The position numbers were made by a program, and so were the translations under genes. The notes under the pieces were generated by a model. That model saw only the letters and a program-made list of their open reading frames with translations. It had not been told where the DNA came from and did not search any database. A stretch of DNA of 64,000 bases, taken from an uncultured Actinomycetes bacterium. GTDB lineage: Bacteria > Actinomycetota > UBA4738 > HRBIN12. Positions 9,406 through 19,517 of the stretch are shown here, piece by piece. Location: positions 257,448 to 321,447 of the forward strand of contig CAVWWK010000001.1 of NCBI GenBank assembly GCA_963758715.1, written 5' to 3'. Position 1 is the first letter of the stretch, and every line of letters starts with the position of its first letter.

Positions 9406-10512
9406 TCAGCCGGGCAGTGCCAGGTCGACCTGGAGCCAGCGCGCGAGGTCCTTCAGCTCGCGGCGCACGGCCGCGGCCGCGGTCTTGCTGAAGGGGTCGT
9501 CCTCGCGGATCGCGTCGACCCGGAGCATGCCGACCTCGCGGTCCGCGGTGGCGTCGATCTTGCCGACCAGCCGGTCGCGGTGCAGCACCGGCAACGCGTA
9601 GTAGCCCCACCGGCGCTTGGCGGCGGGCTTGTACATCTCGAGCTGATAGTCGAAATCGAACAGCTCGACGGCGCGCTTGCGGTCGTGCACCAGCCGGTCG
9701 AACGGCGACAGCAACGCGGTGCGTCCCGAGAAGCGACGACCCAACAGCGACGGGTCGACGCGCCACTGGCCCTTGACTCCTTCGACGACGGCGGGCTCAC
9801 CCGCCTCGCCGACGTCGGCCGGCTCCACCGGGCACTCGGGGCCGCGGGCTCGGGCGATGCCCAGGGCACGCAGCCGCCGCGTGTCCCGGGTGCGCCGCGC
9901 CTCCTCGACGGGGACGATCGGGTCGTCGGGATAGACCTGCGACGCCAGGTCCCACAACCGTTCCCTCCCCTGACGGCCGGCCACCGCGACCTCCCCCCGC
10001 TGCACCATGAAGTCGAGCAGCTTCTCGACGTTGCGGTTGTCGGTCCAGCCGCTCGACGCCCAGGGCTTGGCACAGGTGTCGGGGAGTTCCCGCAACGTCA
10101 GCGGACCCGAAGCTTTCAGCCGCGCGAGGATGTCCCTCCGGCAGGCGTCATTCGCCTCGACCCAGTCGCGCCGGTACGCCTGCCAGTCGCGCAGCTCGTC
10201 GCGCCCCGGCCACTGCGCCATGTCGGCGCGGTAGAGCGCGAGGTCCTCCGCGGGCCGGATCATCGCCTGCAGCTCGACGAGAGACCGGTTCTCGAGGGCG
10301 TCGCGCAGATCTGCCGGGGAGTACGACGAACCCAGGCGACTCCACGCGACAAGGTCGGCGCTCGGAGCTACCGCTGCGATCGGATCGATCTGGAGCAGGC
10401 TCAGCTCGCGCACCAGCTCGAGCAGTCCGGCCGGCCGTTCGGCGCCGAGCAGCTGGGCCTGCACGGCGATCCGGCGCGCGTCGGTCCGGGATAGCTGGTG
10501 GGCGGTGGTCAC
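9406..10512 (-). CDS. winged-helix DNA-binding protein, YcaQ/AlkZ (DUF1006) family
   Basis: 368-aa intact ORF. LSRTDARRIAVQAQLL, LSLLQIDPIAAV and WGYYALPVL are typical of the crosslink-repair glycosylase family. Confidence 0.8.
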   Translation of the reverse strand: MTTAHQLSRTDARRIAVQAQLLGAERPAGLLELVRELSLLQIDPIAAVAPSADLVAWSRLGSSYSPADLRDALENRSLVELQAMIRPAEDLALYRADMAQWPGRDELRDWQAYRRDWVEANDACRRDILARLKASGPLTLRELPDTCAKPWASSGWTDNRNVEKLLDFMVQRGEVAVAGRQGRERLWDLASQVYPDDPIVPVEEARRTRDTRRLRALGIARARGPECPVEPADVGEAGEPAVVEGVKGQWRVDPSLLGRRFSGRTALLSPFDRLVHDRKRAVELFDFDYQLEMYKPAAKRRWGYYALPVLHRDRLVGKIDATADREVGMLRVDAIREDDPFSKTAAAAVRRELKDLARWLQVDLALPG

Positions 10513-10616
10513 GATCCGAGCCTAGGTGGTTGCCACCGAAGGCGTCATTGCGAGTTCTGAGAGCATCCCGTCGAGTCAACCTACCTGCCAACCAACCGAT
10601 CCGTGCAGGAGGAGGT

Positions 10617-11647
10617 GTGACCCACGAAGCCTGCACTCGAAGTCACACGCCCGCAGATCCTCTCCTTCCGACGACGCGTCGGCGCGCTCGACGAGAGGCT
10701 CGCGTCCGGACGGCGCTCGCTGCGGCGAGCGGCGTGGGCCGGCCTGCAGGACAGCATGCCCCGGGCCGCGCTGCTCTCGATCCATGCGCGCGTCAAGGAG
10801 GTCGCAACCGACCGCCTGGGAGGACCCTTCGCTCGTGCAGCTCTGGGGGCCGCGTCATCAGGTCTACGTGGTGGCGGCGCACGACCGCGCGGTCTTCTCG
10901 CTCGGACTCATGCCGGATGAAGTCGGCGCCCGGCGGAAGGCGGTGGACCTGGCCGCTCGCCTGCATGCCTTCCTCGGCGACGCGAGGGTGACCTACGGGG
11001 AGGCTGGGAGCGCGCTCGGCGTCCACCCGAACTCGCTCAGGTATGCCGCGCCGACCGGCACGGTCTTGATCAGGTGGGATGGCGCGCGGCTGCCGGCCAT
11101 CTGGACCGTGCCGCCGCCCGAGGTCGACGCGCGCGACGCTCGCCTCGAGTTGGCGCGCCGGTACCTGCATATCTTCGGTCCTACGACGCCCGAGGCGTTC
11201 GCGCAGTGGGCCGGGTTCGGCCCGCTGCGGGGCGTCGCGGTGTTCGACGCGCTCCGCAAGGCGCTGACCCCGGTGCGAACACCGATCGGCGACGCGTGGA
11301 TACTGACCCGCGACGAGCCCGACCTCCGCGCCGATCCGCGGTCCGTGGCGCCCGCACGGTTCCTCCCGAGCGGCGACGCCTACCTCCTGCTGCAGGGAGG
11401 CGATCGCGAACTCCTGGTCGCCGACGCCAACTCGTCGCCGCGAGCTCTGGCCTTCGCGCGTCTGGCCGGGTGGCCTCCTCGTCGATGGCGAGCTGGTGGG
11501 GACGTGGCGGCGCACGCAGGCGGACCGTGACGATCCGCACCTGGCGTCGCCTCTCGCGCGCTGCTCGCGGTGCGGTCGAGGCGGAAGCGGCGTCCTTGCC
11601 GCTGCCCGGGATCCGAGGGACCGATCGTCGTCCGCTGGGACGCATGA
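10617..11647 (+). CDS. second YcaQ/AlkZ-like (DUF1006) paralogue, interrupted by at least 4 frameshifts
   Basis: Homology hops between all three frames. Segments are KPALEVTRPQILSFRRRVGALDERL, then WEDPSLVQLWGPRHQVYVV...LLVADAN, then WPGGLLVDGELVGTWRR, then TVTIRTWRRLSRAARGAVEAEAASLPLPG, then EGPIVVRWDA stop. An AGGAGG motif precedes GTG 10617. Confidence 0.7.
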
Positions 11648-11686
11648 CGGAGCGCCGGCGTGTTTCGGCTGAGAAGGCCTTGTCAG

Positions 11687-12723
11687 TCAGGGCGTGGGGC
11701 GCCCAGGGACTTGTCGACGCGACGCTGATCCGTCCGTAGCGCGGATCAGTTCGCGCGTGATCGCCGGGTCGTCGCCGGTGTGACCCGCGTCCTCGACGAT
11801 CACGAGCTCCGCACGAGGCCAAGCGCGGCTGAGTGCCCAGGCGTTCGCGATCGGCGCCTGGAAGTCGAACCGTCCGTTCACAAGCACGCCCGGGATGTCG
11901 GCCAGCACGCGAGCGTCGCGCAGCAGGACGCCGTCCTCGAGGAACAGGTCGTGCCGGACGTAGTGGGCAACCAGGCGTGCGAACGCCAACGCGAAGTCGT
12001 CATCGGCGAAGCGCTCGTCGAGTTCGGTGGTGGGTGGCCACGCCGGCGTGGCCGACTCCCACGTGCACCAGGCGAGCGCCGCGCGGCTACGGACCTCGGG
12101 GTCCGGATCGTGCAGCATCCGGCCGTACGCCTCCACGATGTCTCCTTCGCGATCGCCGTGGGGCACGCCATCCCGAAGTCGCTCCCACTGCTCCGGGAAG
12201 AGCACCGACGCTCCACCTCGGAACAGCCAATCGCACTCCGTGCGCCGACCTGTCGTGACTCCCCACAGGATCACGTCCGTCACCCGATCCGGATGCGCCT
12301 CGGCGTACGCGAGGCCCAAGGTGCTTCCCCACGACCCGCCCAGCACGAGCCAGCGATCGATGTCCAGATGCTGGCGCAATAGTTCCATGTCGGACACGAG
12401 GTGCTGGGTCGTGTTGGTCGTCAGGTCGATGTCGGGCTGGCTGGCGTGTGGCGTGCTTCGTCCGCAGCCTCGCTGATCGAACAGCACGATGCGATACGCG
12501 GCCGGATCGAACAGCCGGCGATGCCACGGCGAACATCCTGAGCCGGGCCCGCCGTGGACCATGACCGCGGGCTTGCCGCGCGGATCGCCACACGCCTCCC
12601 AGAAGACCCGGTTGCCGTCGCCGACATCCAGCATGCCGTGCTCGTCCGGCTCGATCGCTGGATACAGACCGGTCGTGGCGATGGTACGAACCTTCTCTGA
12701 CGGCGTCCGATACGTTGACGACG
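11687..12723 (-). CDS. pip: proline iminopeptidase (alpha/beta hydrolase)
   Basis: LYPAIEP, VMVHGGPGSG and nucleophile elbow LGGSWGSTL. The start is uncertain: there is no canonical start between the peroxidase stop (12724) and LYPAIEP, and the listed ORF begins at 12826. Confidence 0.8.
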
Positions 12724-14266
12724 CTACCCCAGAGGCGCCAGCAGGGACTTCTTCCCTTCGAACGCGAAGAGGAGCAGGTCGACCATGCGGAAGGTGTTGT
12801 CGTCGGGCCCGAGCTTCGGCCGCCATGTGGGATCCCGCACTATCGACGTCTGACTTCCCTGCATCGCCCGGTGGAACGTCTCCGCGACGATGCGGGCGCC
12901 GACTCCTTTCAGCTTGCCCTGGTTGAGCTCGGCCTCGCGGAGCACGTAGAGCCAGAGCGGCGTGTTCGTGAGGAGGGCGTCCCGCTGCTGGTCGGTGAGT
13001 TCGTCGAAGACTGCGCCGTTGTTGCCCTCCCGGATCTGTGGCTTCGTGAGCTTGGTCAGGGTCACGCCCTTGCTTGTCAGGAACCCCGCCATCTGCTGAC
13101 CGGTGGCGAGCGTCACCATCTTCGCCCGGGTCAGGTTCCGGATCGCGAGGTTGTCCTCGTCGGGGACGTTCGGCAAGGCGCTCAACGTGTCCGCGAGCCG
13201 ACTATCGATCCGCATCGCCCGATTGAACTTGGCCGCAGGCATGACCAGGCCGGGCTTGCCGGCTTCACCGAAGTCGTAGAGCCGCCGGAAGTCCGCGATC
13301 CAATTGCTCGGGAGACGGATGCTCCCCCCGAGGTGCCGCTCCCACCCGAGAACTCGAACAGCAGGAAGAGGCTGCCGCCACCGTCGTCGAAGATCTTGTT
13401 CCAGTTGTACGGTCGCGGATCATGGAGTGACCGAGACGGAACGCCGCCACGGAGAACTCGATCGGCATGGTCGGGACGTCGGTCGCAGGGACGCCCACCT
13501 CGAACGCCTTCCGGCCGTTGTTGAAGACGTCGTTCACGACACCGGCCGCACAGATCCGGGGCAGGTAGTCGGTGCGCAGCATCCACTGGTAGTGCCTGGT
13601 CACGATCCCGCGAGCGCGGGCGAAGCGCTGGGTGGGAGGAACGGATGCGGGAAGCGTGTCGACGACTCGGTTGTGGAAGCGGATGAACGCGAGGTGCGTC
13701 TGGGCGACCGCGAGGTTCTCATCGTTCCGCGGGTCCGGGATCACCGCCTTGCGTTTGGCAGCCACGGTCGTGCCGGCGCCGCGGGGAAGGTCGAAGCCCT
13801 CCTTCGCGCCGATACCGCCGATGGCCACGGTCTTGCCCATCCTGAGGTGGAGTCCGTCCGCCTGGTAGAAGTCCTCAGATCCGGGATCGGTGGGTCCGGC
13901 GCCGTAGAGCGAGTCGAGGTCCAGGCTGGGGGAGCGCGCCTGCACGAGCTCCGACGGCGAGACGTTCTGGCCCAGCATCACGTTGGTCTTGTCGAAGGTG
14001 AGGTCGTGATCGACGAACTGGCCCAGGTAGGTGAACCCCGCGGGGACCTGCGACGCGCCGCCGCCGCCCGCGACCATGGCCTTGCCGATCTTCTTCCTGT
14101 TGGCGTCACTCAGCTGACGGTCGACTCCCTTCGGCCCCATCCTGGAGAAGCGGAACGGCGGCGCCGCCTCGGCCACCCTCGCGAGGGCGTCCTCCCGCCC
14201 TCCGACGCTCTCGGTGAGCAGCCCTTCGCCGATGACGAAGTAGCTCTCGGACCCGTGTCGTTCCAT
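12724..14266 (-). CDS. animal-haem-peroxidase-family protein (bacterial homologue), 2 frameshifts
   Basis: Distal-His motif YLGQFVDHDLTFD and proximal-His motif FRLGHSMIR. The reading continues through frames 13265..14266, 13182..13586 and 12724..13242. One shift lies in a G-run near 13312. Confidence 0.75.
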
Positions 14267-14282
14267 GACGCCTCCTTGTTCG

Positions 14283-14931
14283 TTACGAGGTGTTCCACTC
14301 GAACGTCGGCACCGACACCTCCTTGCGTGGCTCCTCCTTGGTGACCGCCTTCCTGGCGGACCGGCCCGCCTTCAGCGGGAGCACCATCAGCAGTTCGAGC
14401 ACATAGAACGCCCCCGATCCGACCAGCACGAGCAGCGCGGGGGGAAGGAGCGAACGGCAAGGCCACGACCGTGACCAGGAGCACCTGAGGGGCATCACGC
14501 AGCCACTGCCGTCGGCCATCGGGCTTGGTCAACGCCGCCCACCGAACGGCGGTCCACATGATCCAACGACGCAGGAACGGGACGCCCAGCTCGCGCATCA
14601 CGCGGCGGAAGAGCCCGTCGGCGTCACGGCGGCTGACGGGATCGGTCGCGTTCCCGACGCGGAACCTCCACAGGTAGTCGTGCAGGATCGCCGCCCTCGT
14701 GTAGCGGCCATAGCGCGGAAGGAACCACACGAACGCGCGAGGAACCGACGCGAAGTCGGTCTGCATGCCCGCGGGCACGACGAACTCATCGGTCGAGCCT
14801 CGATAGGTGAGCGGCTCTACGACCTCCCAGTCCCGGTCGCCCACCTGTTTGACCATCGGGTTGGAATCGCCGACGAACGGCAACGAGATCGCCTCCCCCC
14901 TGAGTGCGGGTTGCCTCCGCCAGGATGTCAC
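14283..14931 (-). CDS. DUF1353 domain protein with C-terminal membrane span, 1 frameshift
   Basis: VPAGMQTDFASVPR and AAILHDYLW motifs. The tail LLPPALLVLVGSGAFYVLELLMVL lies in frame 14283..14519. Confidence 0.65.
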
Positions 14932-15036
14932 CCATGGGGCGCGTGAGTGAGGCCTCGACGGCCGACCGCCGAGAGACCGACGGTGTTGCCACTCGAACGT
15001 GCTGAGCGAGAGACGGCCCGTGGAACGGGCGGGGAC

Positions 15037-15624
15037 TCAGGCCAGCTTGGGATACCGCAACGGGAGACCGGCGGTACCCACCTCGAGCGAGACCAGGCTC
15101 CAACCGCCGAGGCTCGAGATCGCGAGGCGGTCCAGCGCTGGTCCGATGAACGCGACGTTCGCCGGTTGGTTCAGGGCCACGCCGTCCGGATCGTCGAGCA
15201 GGATCTCAGGAGTGCCGCCCGGCGCGACGCGCCACACGCGGTCAGGCCGGTAACACCCGACGAACATCGTGCCGTCGGCGGCGAGGGCGATGCCGTCGGG
15301 TTGCGAGCCGGGGAGTTCGACGACCATCTCCGCCGGGCCGGCGCTGCCGTCGGGGCCGATCGGTATCCGAACGACCCGGCGCTTGCTCGACTCGACCACG
15401 AGCAGCGCGTCTCCCTCGATCGAGAGGCAGCACCCGTTCGGGAAGCCCGGCGTGCGATCGGTCCATACCTCCGTCGCGCCGCCGGGCGCGATCCGGTACA
15501 CGAGGCCGTCGTCGGCCCCCCAGGTGCCGGAGTCGGTCACGAACAAGGTGCCCTCTTCATCGAATGCCGTGAAGTTCGGCACACGGATGGGGTGCTCGGA
15601 TGTACCCGTCGAGTACGTCGACAC
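15037..15624 (-). pseudogene. SMP-30/gluconolactonase/LRE-like beta-propeller, N-terminally truncated
   Basis: 195 aa compared with 304 aa for the paralogue at 29572. Only the C-terminal blades are present, and it abuts the truncated permease at about 15630. Confidence 0.6.
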
Positions 15625-15641
15625 CGCGCCGGCGGGGTCAA

Positions 15642-16109
15642 GTGATCAACTCGTTCCTGTCGTGGACGGGCATCACGGACTCGCCGATCAGCTGGCTCCT
15701 GTACAGCCGGTTCACGGTGATGCTCGTGCTCGCCTACATCTGGGTGCCGTTCGTCGCCCTGCCGGTGTTCGTGAGCCTCGACAACCTCGATCGAAGCCTG
15801 CTCGAGGCGGCGAGCGACCTGGGTGCGAGCCGGTGGCGTACGTTCCTGCGCGTGACCCTGCCCCTCAGCCTCTCAGGCGTATTCGCGGCGTTCCTGTTCG
15901 TGTTCATCCCGACCATCGGCGAGTTCGTGACCCCGCTGCTCGTCGGCGGGACGAGCGGCTACATGTATGGCAACTCGATCCAGGACCTGTTCACCAAGGG
16001 CCTCGACTGGCAGACGGGCTCGACGCTGGCGCTGTTCCTGCTCGCCATCGTGGCCGCCTTGATGGCGGTGTTCGGGCGGTTCCTCCGGGTGCGGACGGTG
16101 GCACGATGA
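15642..16109 (+). pseudogene. polyamine-type ABC permease (PotB-like), C-terminal half only
   Basis: The EAA loop LLEAASDLGASRWRTFLRVTLPL lies only about 58 aa after homology begins. Roughly 130 N-terminal residues, the ATPase and the SBP are missing. Confidence 0.6.
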
Positions 16110-16957
16110 GCGAGATCGCAACCTCACCGAACACGCGGCGCGGACTGCGGGTGTTCTTCGGGTTGCTTGTTGTGTTCCTCTACGCACCGATCGTGATCCT
16201 CGCCGTGTTCTCGTTCAACGACGGCGACGTGAGCTTCCCGCTCGCGGGGTTCACACTCGACTGGTACCGCAGGTTCTTCTCGAACCCCAAGATCCTGCAG
16301 TCGCTCCAGCGCAGCGCCGTCGTCGCGGCCGTCTCGAGCCTGATCGCGGTAGCGCTCGGTGTCGCGGCCGCGATCGCGTTGCTCCGGCGACGATTCGTCG
16401 GGAAGTCGGCCGTCTCGGCTCTGCTGTTCTCGCCTCTGGTCGTGCCCTACCTCGTGTTCGGTATCTCACTGCTCGTGATCTTCACGGCCGTCGACAAGCT
16501 CTTGACCTCGACCACCGGCTCCTACATCGGGCTCGGCCTGCACGCTGTCGTGATCGGGCACGTGGTCGTCTCCCTGCCCTACACGGTGCTCACGATCATG
16601 CCGTTGCTCGAGCGGCTGAACGTCGGCCTCGAGGAGGCTGCGAAGGATCTGGGGGCCAGCCCGTGGCAGTCCTTCCGGCGTGTGACGCTGCCGCTGCTGC
16701 CCGCGCTCGTATCGGCGTTCATGATCGCGTTCACGCTCTCGTTCGACGAGTACGCGATCGCCTCGTTCCTCGCGGGCGAGACGCCGACGTGGCCCGTGTA
16801 CCTGTTCGCGCAGCTCAGGGTGCCGAGCCAGCTGCCGCAGCTGCTGGCGGTCTCGTCGGTTGTGCTGGTGGCCTCCCTCGGTGTGGTGCTCGCCGCGGAG
16901 GTCGGTCGCCGGCTCGCGGAGCGCCGCTACGGTGACGACCTCCGGGCGCCGGTCTGA
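16106..16957 (+). CDS. polyamine-type ABC permease (PotC-like)
   Basis: MSEIATSPN...; EAA loop LEEAAKDLGASPWQSFRRVTLPLL. ATGA overlap with the upstream fragment. Confidence 0.8.
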   Translation: MSEIATSPNTRRGLRVFFGLLVVFLYAPIVILAVFSFNDGDVSFPLAGFTLDWYRRFFSNPKILQSLQRSAVVAAVSSLIAVALGVAAAIALLRRRFVGKSAVSALLFSPLVVPYLVFGISLLVIFTAVDKLLTSTTGSYIGLGLHAVVIGHVVVSLPYTVLTIMPLLERLNVGLEEAAKDLGASPWQSFRRVTLPLLPALVSAFMIAFTLSFDEYAIASFLAGETPTWPVYLFAQLRVPSQLPQLLAVSSVVLVASLGVVLAAEVGRRLAERRYGDDLRAPV

Positions 16958-16961
16958 CCTT

Positions 16962-17055
16962 CAGTCCTCGAACTTGCCTACAGCTCACTCTTGGGGTCGA
17001 AGAACCCTCCCGAGGGTTGAGCGTGCGCGTGCCAGTTGTCGGGGATCCTTCGTCT
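16962..17055 (-). pseudogene. 3' fragment of a paralogue of the Cys-rich gene at 22430..22762
   Basis: About 95 nt with near 88% identity to 22430..22524. It translates as RRIPDNWHAHAQPSGGFFDPKSEL, then TAG where the intact copy has TAC. Confidence 0.7.
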
Positions 17056-18048
17056 AGAAGACCCGCGCCGCGATCTCGGCCGGTGCTTCCAGCAAGGGGA
17101 TGAGCTCGTCATCCAGCTTGACGAGCGTCACGGAGCACCCCGCCATGTCGAGCGAGGTGCAGTACTCGCCGACGTAGCTGCGACCAACGTTGATCCCGCG
17201 AGCCGAGAGCTGCTCATGCGCACGGCCGTAGAGCAGATAGAGCTCGCTGATCGGTGTGCCGCCGAGCCCGTTGATCATGAGGGCGACGTTGTCGCCCTTG
17301 CCGAACGGGAGGTCGGAGGCGGTCGCCTCCACGAGCTCGTCGACGATGGCGTTGGCATCGGCCAGCTTCTCCCGGCGGCGTCCCGGCTCGCCGTGGATGC
17401 CGACACCCATCTCCATCTCGTCATCGCCGAGCTCGAACAGGGGCGAGCCTTTCGCAGGAGGCGTGCAGGACGTGAGGGCCATGCCCATCGTCCGCGTGAC
17501 CGAGTTGACCCGTTCACCCAAGGCGACGAGGTCGTCGAGCTCGGCGCCATTCTCGGCCGCCGCACCGATCGCCTTGATGACGAAGAAGTTGCCGGCGACA
17601 CCCCGGCGTCCGACGGTGTATGTGGAGTCCTTCACGGCGACGTCGTCGTCGACGATCACCGTGCCGATGTTGACCCCTTCCGCCTCGGCCATCTCGGCCC
17701 CCATCTCGAACGCCATGCGATCCCCGGTGTAGTTGTTGATCAGGTGGAGCACGCCTTTGGCCGAGTTGAGCAGCTTGGTCGTCTCGAGGACGTAGTCCAT
17801 GGGTGGCGCCGCGAACACGTCACCCGGGCAGGCGGCGTCGAGCATCCCCTTGCCAACGATCATCACGTGCGCAGGCTCGTGACCGGATCCGGAGCCTTGC
17901 ACGATCGAGACCTTCGCGTCGCTGGGGGCATCCGCCCGCATGATCAGGTTGTATTCGGGCACGTACTTGAGCGTCGCCGGGTTGGCGAGCGCGATCCCTT
18001 GAGCATCTCCGGCACGAACTGCTTCGGGTCGTTGACGAACTTCTTCAC
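17054..18048 (-). CDS. dhaK: dihydroxyacetone kinase subunit DhaK, 1 frameshift near 18000
   Basis: VKKFVNDPKQFVPEMLKG / IALANPATLKYVPEYNLIMR..., GSGSGHEPAH, YTGDRMAF. One G is missing in CTCAAGGGATCG. Confidence 0.9.
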
Positions 18049-18727
18049 GGTGTCACCTCTCCTTGGTCGTTGGCCGCCCAGGCTCCGGCGACCTGCTCGA
18101 ACATGATCGCGACAGCCACCGCTCCGGCGTCGAGCGTTCCGATGCTGCGCTCGCCCGTGTACGCGGCGCGGCCGCGCTTCGCGAGCATCTCCCTGGTCGC
18201 CTCGGCCCGTTCGCGCGCCGTGGCGGCTGCCCTCTGCAACGAGGCGCTCGCGTCGTTGCCTTCGCCCAGCGCCCGCTCGAGCTCGTCGACGGCCGGCACG
18301 AGCGCGTCCAGCAAGGTCTTGTCACCCAGGTCGGACTGTCCGCGCTTCTTGATGCCCTCGATGGCAGCGCGGAGCATCGCGATCATGTCATCCGTGGTGA
18401 GCTCGGTCTTGCCGGCGGCCGTCGCCCCCGCGCGCAGGAACGCCGTTCCCCACAGCGGGCCGGACGTGCCGCCGACACGGCTGGTGATCACCACCGCGAT
18501 CTTCTTGAGGAACGTGCCGATGTCCTCGCGGTCGAACGAATCGAACTCGGCCAGGACCAGCTCGAAGCCCCGGGCCATGGAGTATCCGAAGTCGCCGTCG
18601 CCGACGACCGCGTCCAGCTCACCGAAGTACTGCTCGTTCTCGCACGCGGTCTCCGCCATGGTTCGCACCACCAGCTCGACGGAGTCAAGGCTAGATCTCC
18701 TCCATCCACACCTCCCAGATCGCTCAT
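18045..18727 (-). CDS. dhaL: dihydroxyacetone kinase subunit DhaL, 1 frameshift near the 5' end
   Basis: LDAVVGDGDFG, GGTSGPLWG, RGRAAYTGERSIG. The ATG at 18727 overlaps the HAD stop (ATGA). The listed 490-aa ORF is a frameshift-generated fusion. Confidence 0.85.
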
Positions 18728-19517
18728 CTCCCGTGCACGTTCCGAACCTCGAGGCACGCCTGCAGATCTCCCAGCCCGACGAAGTCGCCGGGTTCGGGGA
18801 CACCTCTGTTGGCCAGGAGACCCTGGTCGGTTCCCCACCCGGTTCGCCCAGGGAAGACACGACGAGCGCGGCCTCCGAGAAGTCCTCATCCTGCGTGTAG
18901 CTGCTCACGGTGACGAGGCAGGTCAGGTCGGCCCCGACCGCCGAGAGCAAACCGTTGCGCGAATCCTCGATGACCAGAGCCTCGCCCGGCTCGACCCCGA
19001 GGCGCGCGAGGGCCAGCTGATAGATGTCGGGGGCGGGCTTCTTCTTGGGGACCACGTCGCCCGCAAGGACCAGAGCGAAACGGGCCGCTCGATCTGAACC
19101 GACCACGTGCTCGAGCACGGCCCGAACCGACGCCTCCGACGAGGTCGAGGCGACCCCCAGAGCCCACCCCTCGTCGAGCGCCGCTGCGGTGATCCGGGCA
19201 ACGCCGGGGCGTCCGGGCAGACGGCCGGCCGCGACGATCTCGGTGTAGATGTCGGTCTTGCGTCGGTGCCAGCCGGCCACCGCCTTCTGCTGGCCCTCGG
19301 GATCGGTCGGCAGACCGGCGTCTCGGACGAAATCCTCGGTCAGCAGGCTGGCCATCCGCTCCTTGCCACCGGAGATCTTGAGCTTCTCGCCGTACTCCTC
19401 CTCGGACCAGCGCACGGGCAGCCCGAGCTCCTCGAACATCTGGTTGAAGGCGGGCAGGTGGCCGTACCGTTCGGTGTCGGCAAGGACCCCGTCGCAGTCG
19501 AAGATGAGGGCGGTCAC
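18724..19517 (-). CDS. HAD-superfamily hydrolase (CbbY/phosphatase-like), 1 frameshift near the 3' end
   Basis: MTALIFDCDGVLADTE (DxD motif), GVASTSS, KKKPAPDIY, EDSRNGL. The tail is restored in another frame (LANRGVPEPGDFVGLGDLQACLEVRNVHGR stop). Confidence 0.8.

Noticed and set aside
11687-12826. Full listed 379-aa ORF as the iminopeptidase
   Set aside because: The first about 35 codons overlap the peroxidase 3' end and are Arg-rich. Homology begins at LYPAIEP, so the upstream extension was not accepted, although the true start codon remains unresolved.
15269-16957. 562-aa ORF suggesting a large PotC fusion
   Set aside because: The N-terminal 280 aa is antisense to the SMP-30 fragment or overlaps the potB fragment in another frame. 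PotC homology begins at ATG 16106.
18045-19517. HAD-DhaL fusion protein of 490 aa
   Set aside because: The middle segment (RVSWPTEVSPNP...GDERSGRCGW) has no homology. Alternative frames restore a HAD C-terminus with a stop and a DhaL start at an ATGA overlap (18724..18727). The fusion is created by two indels.
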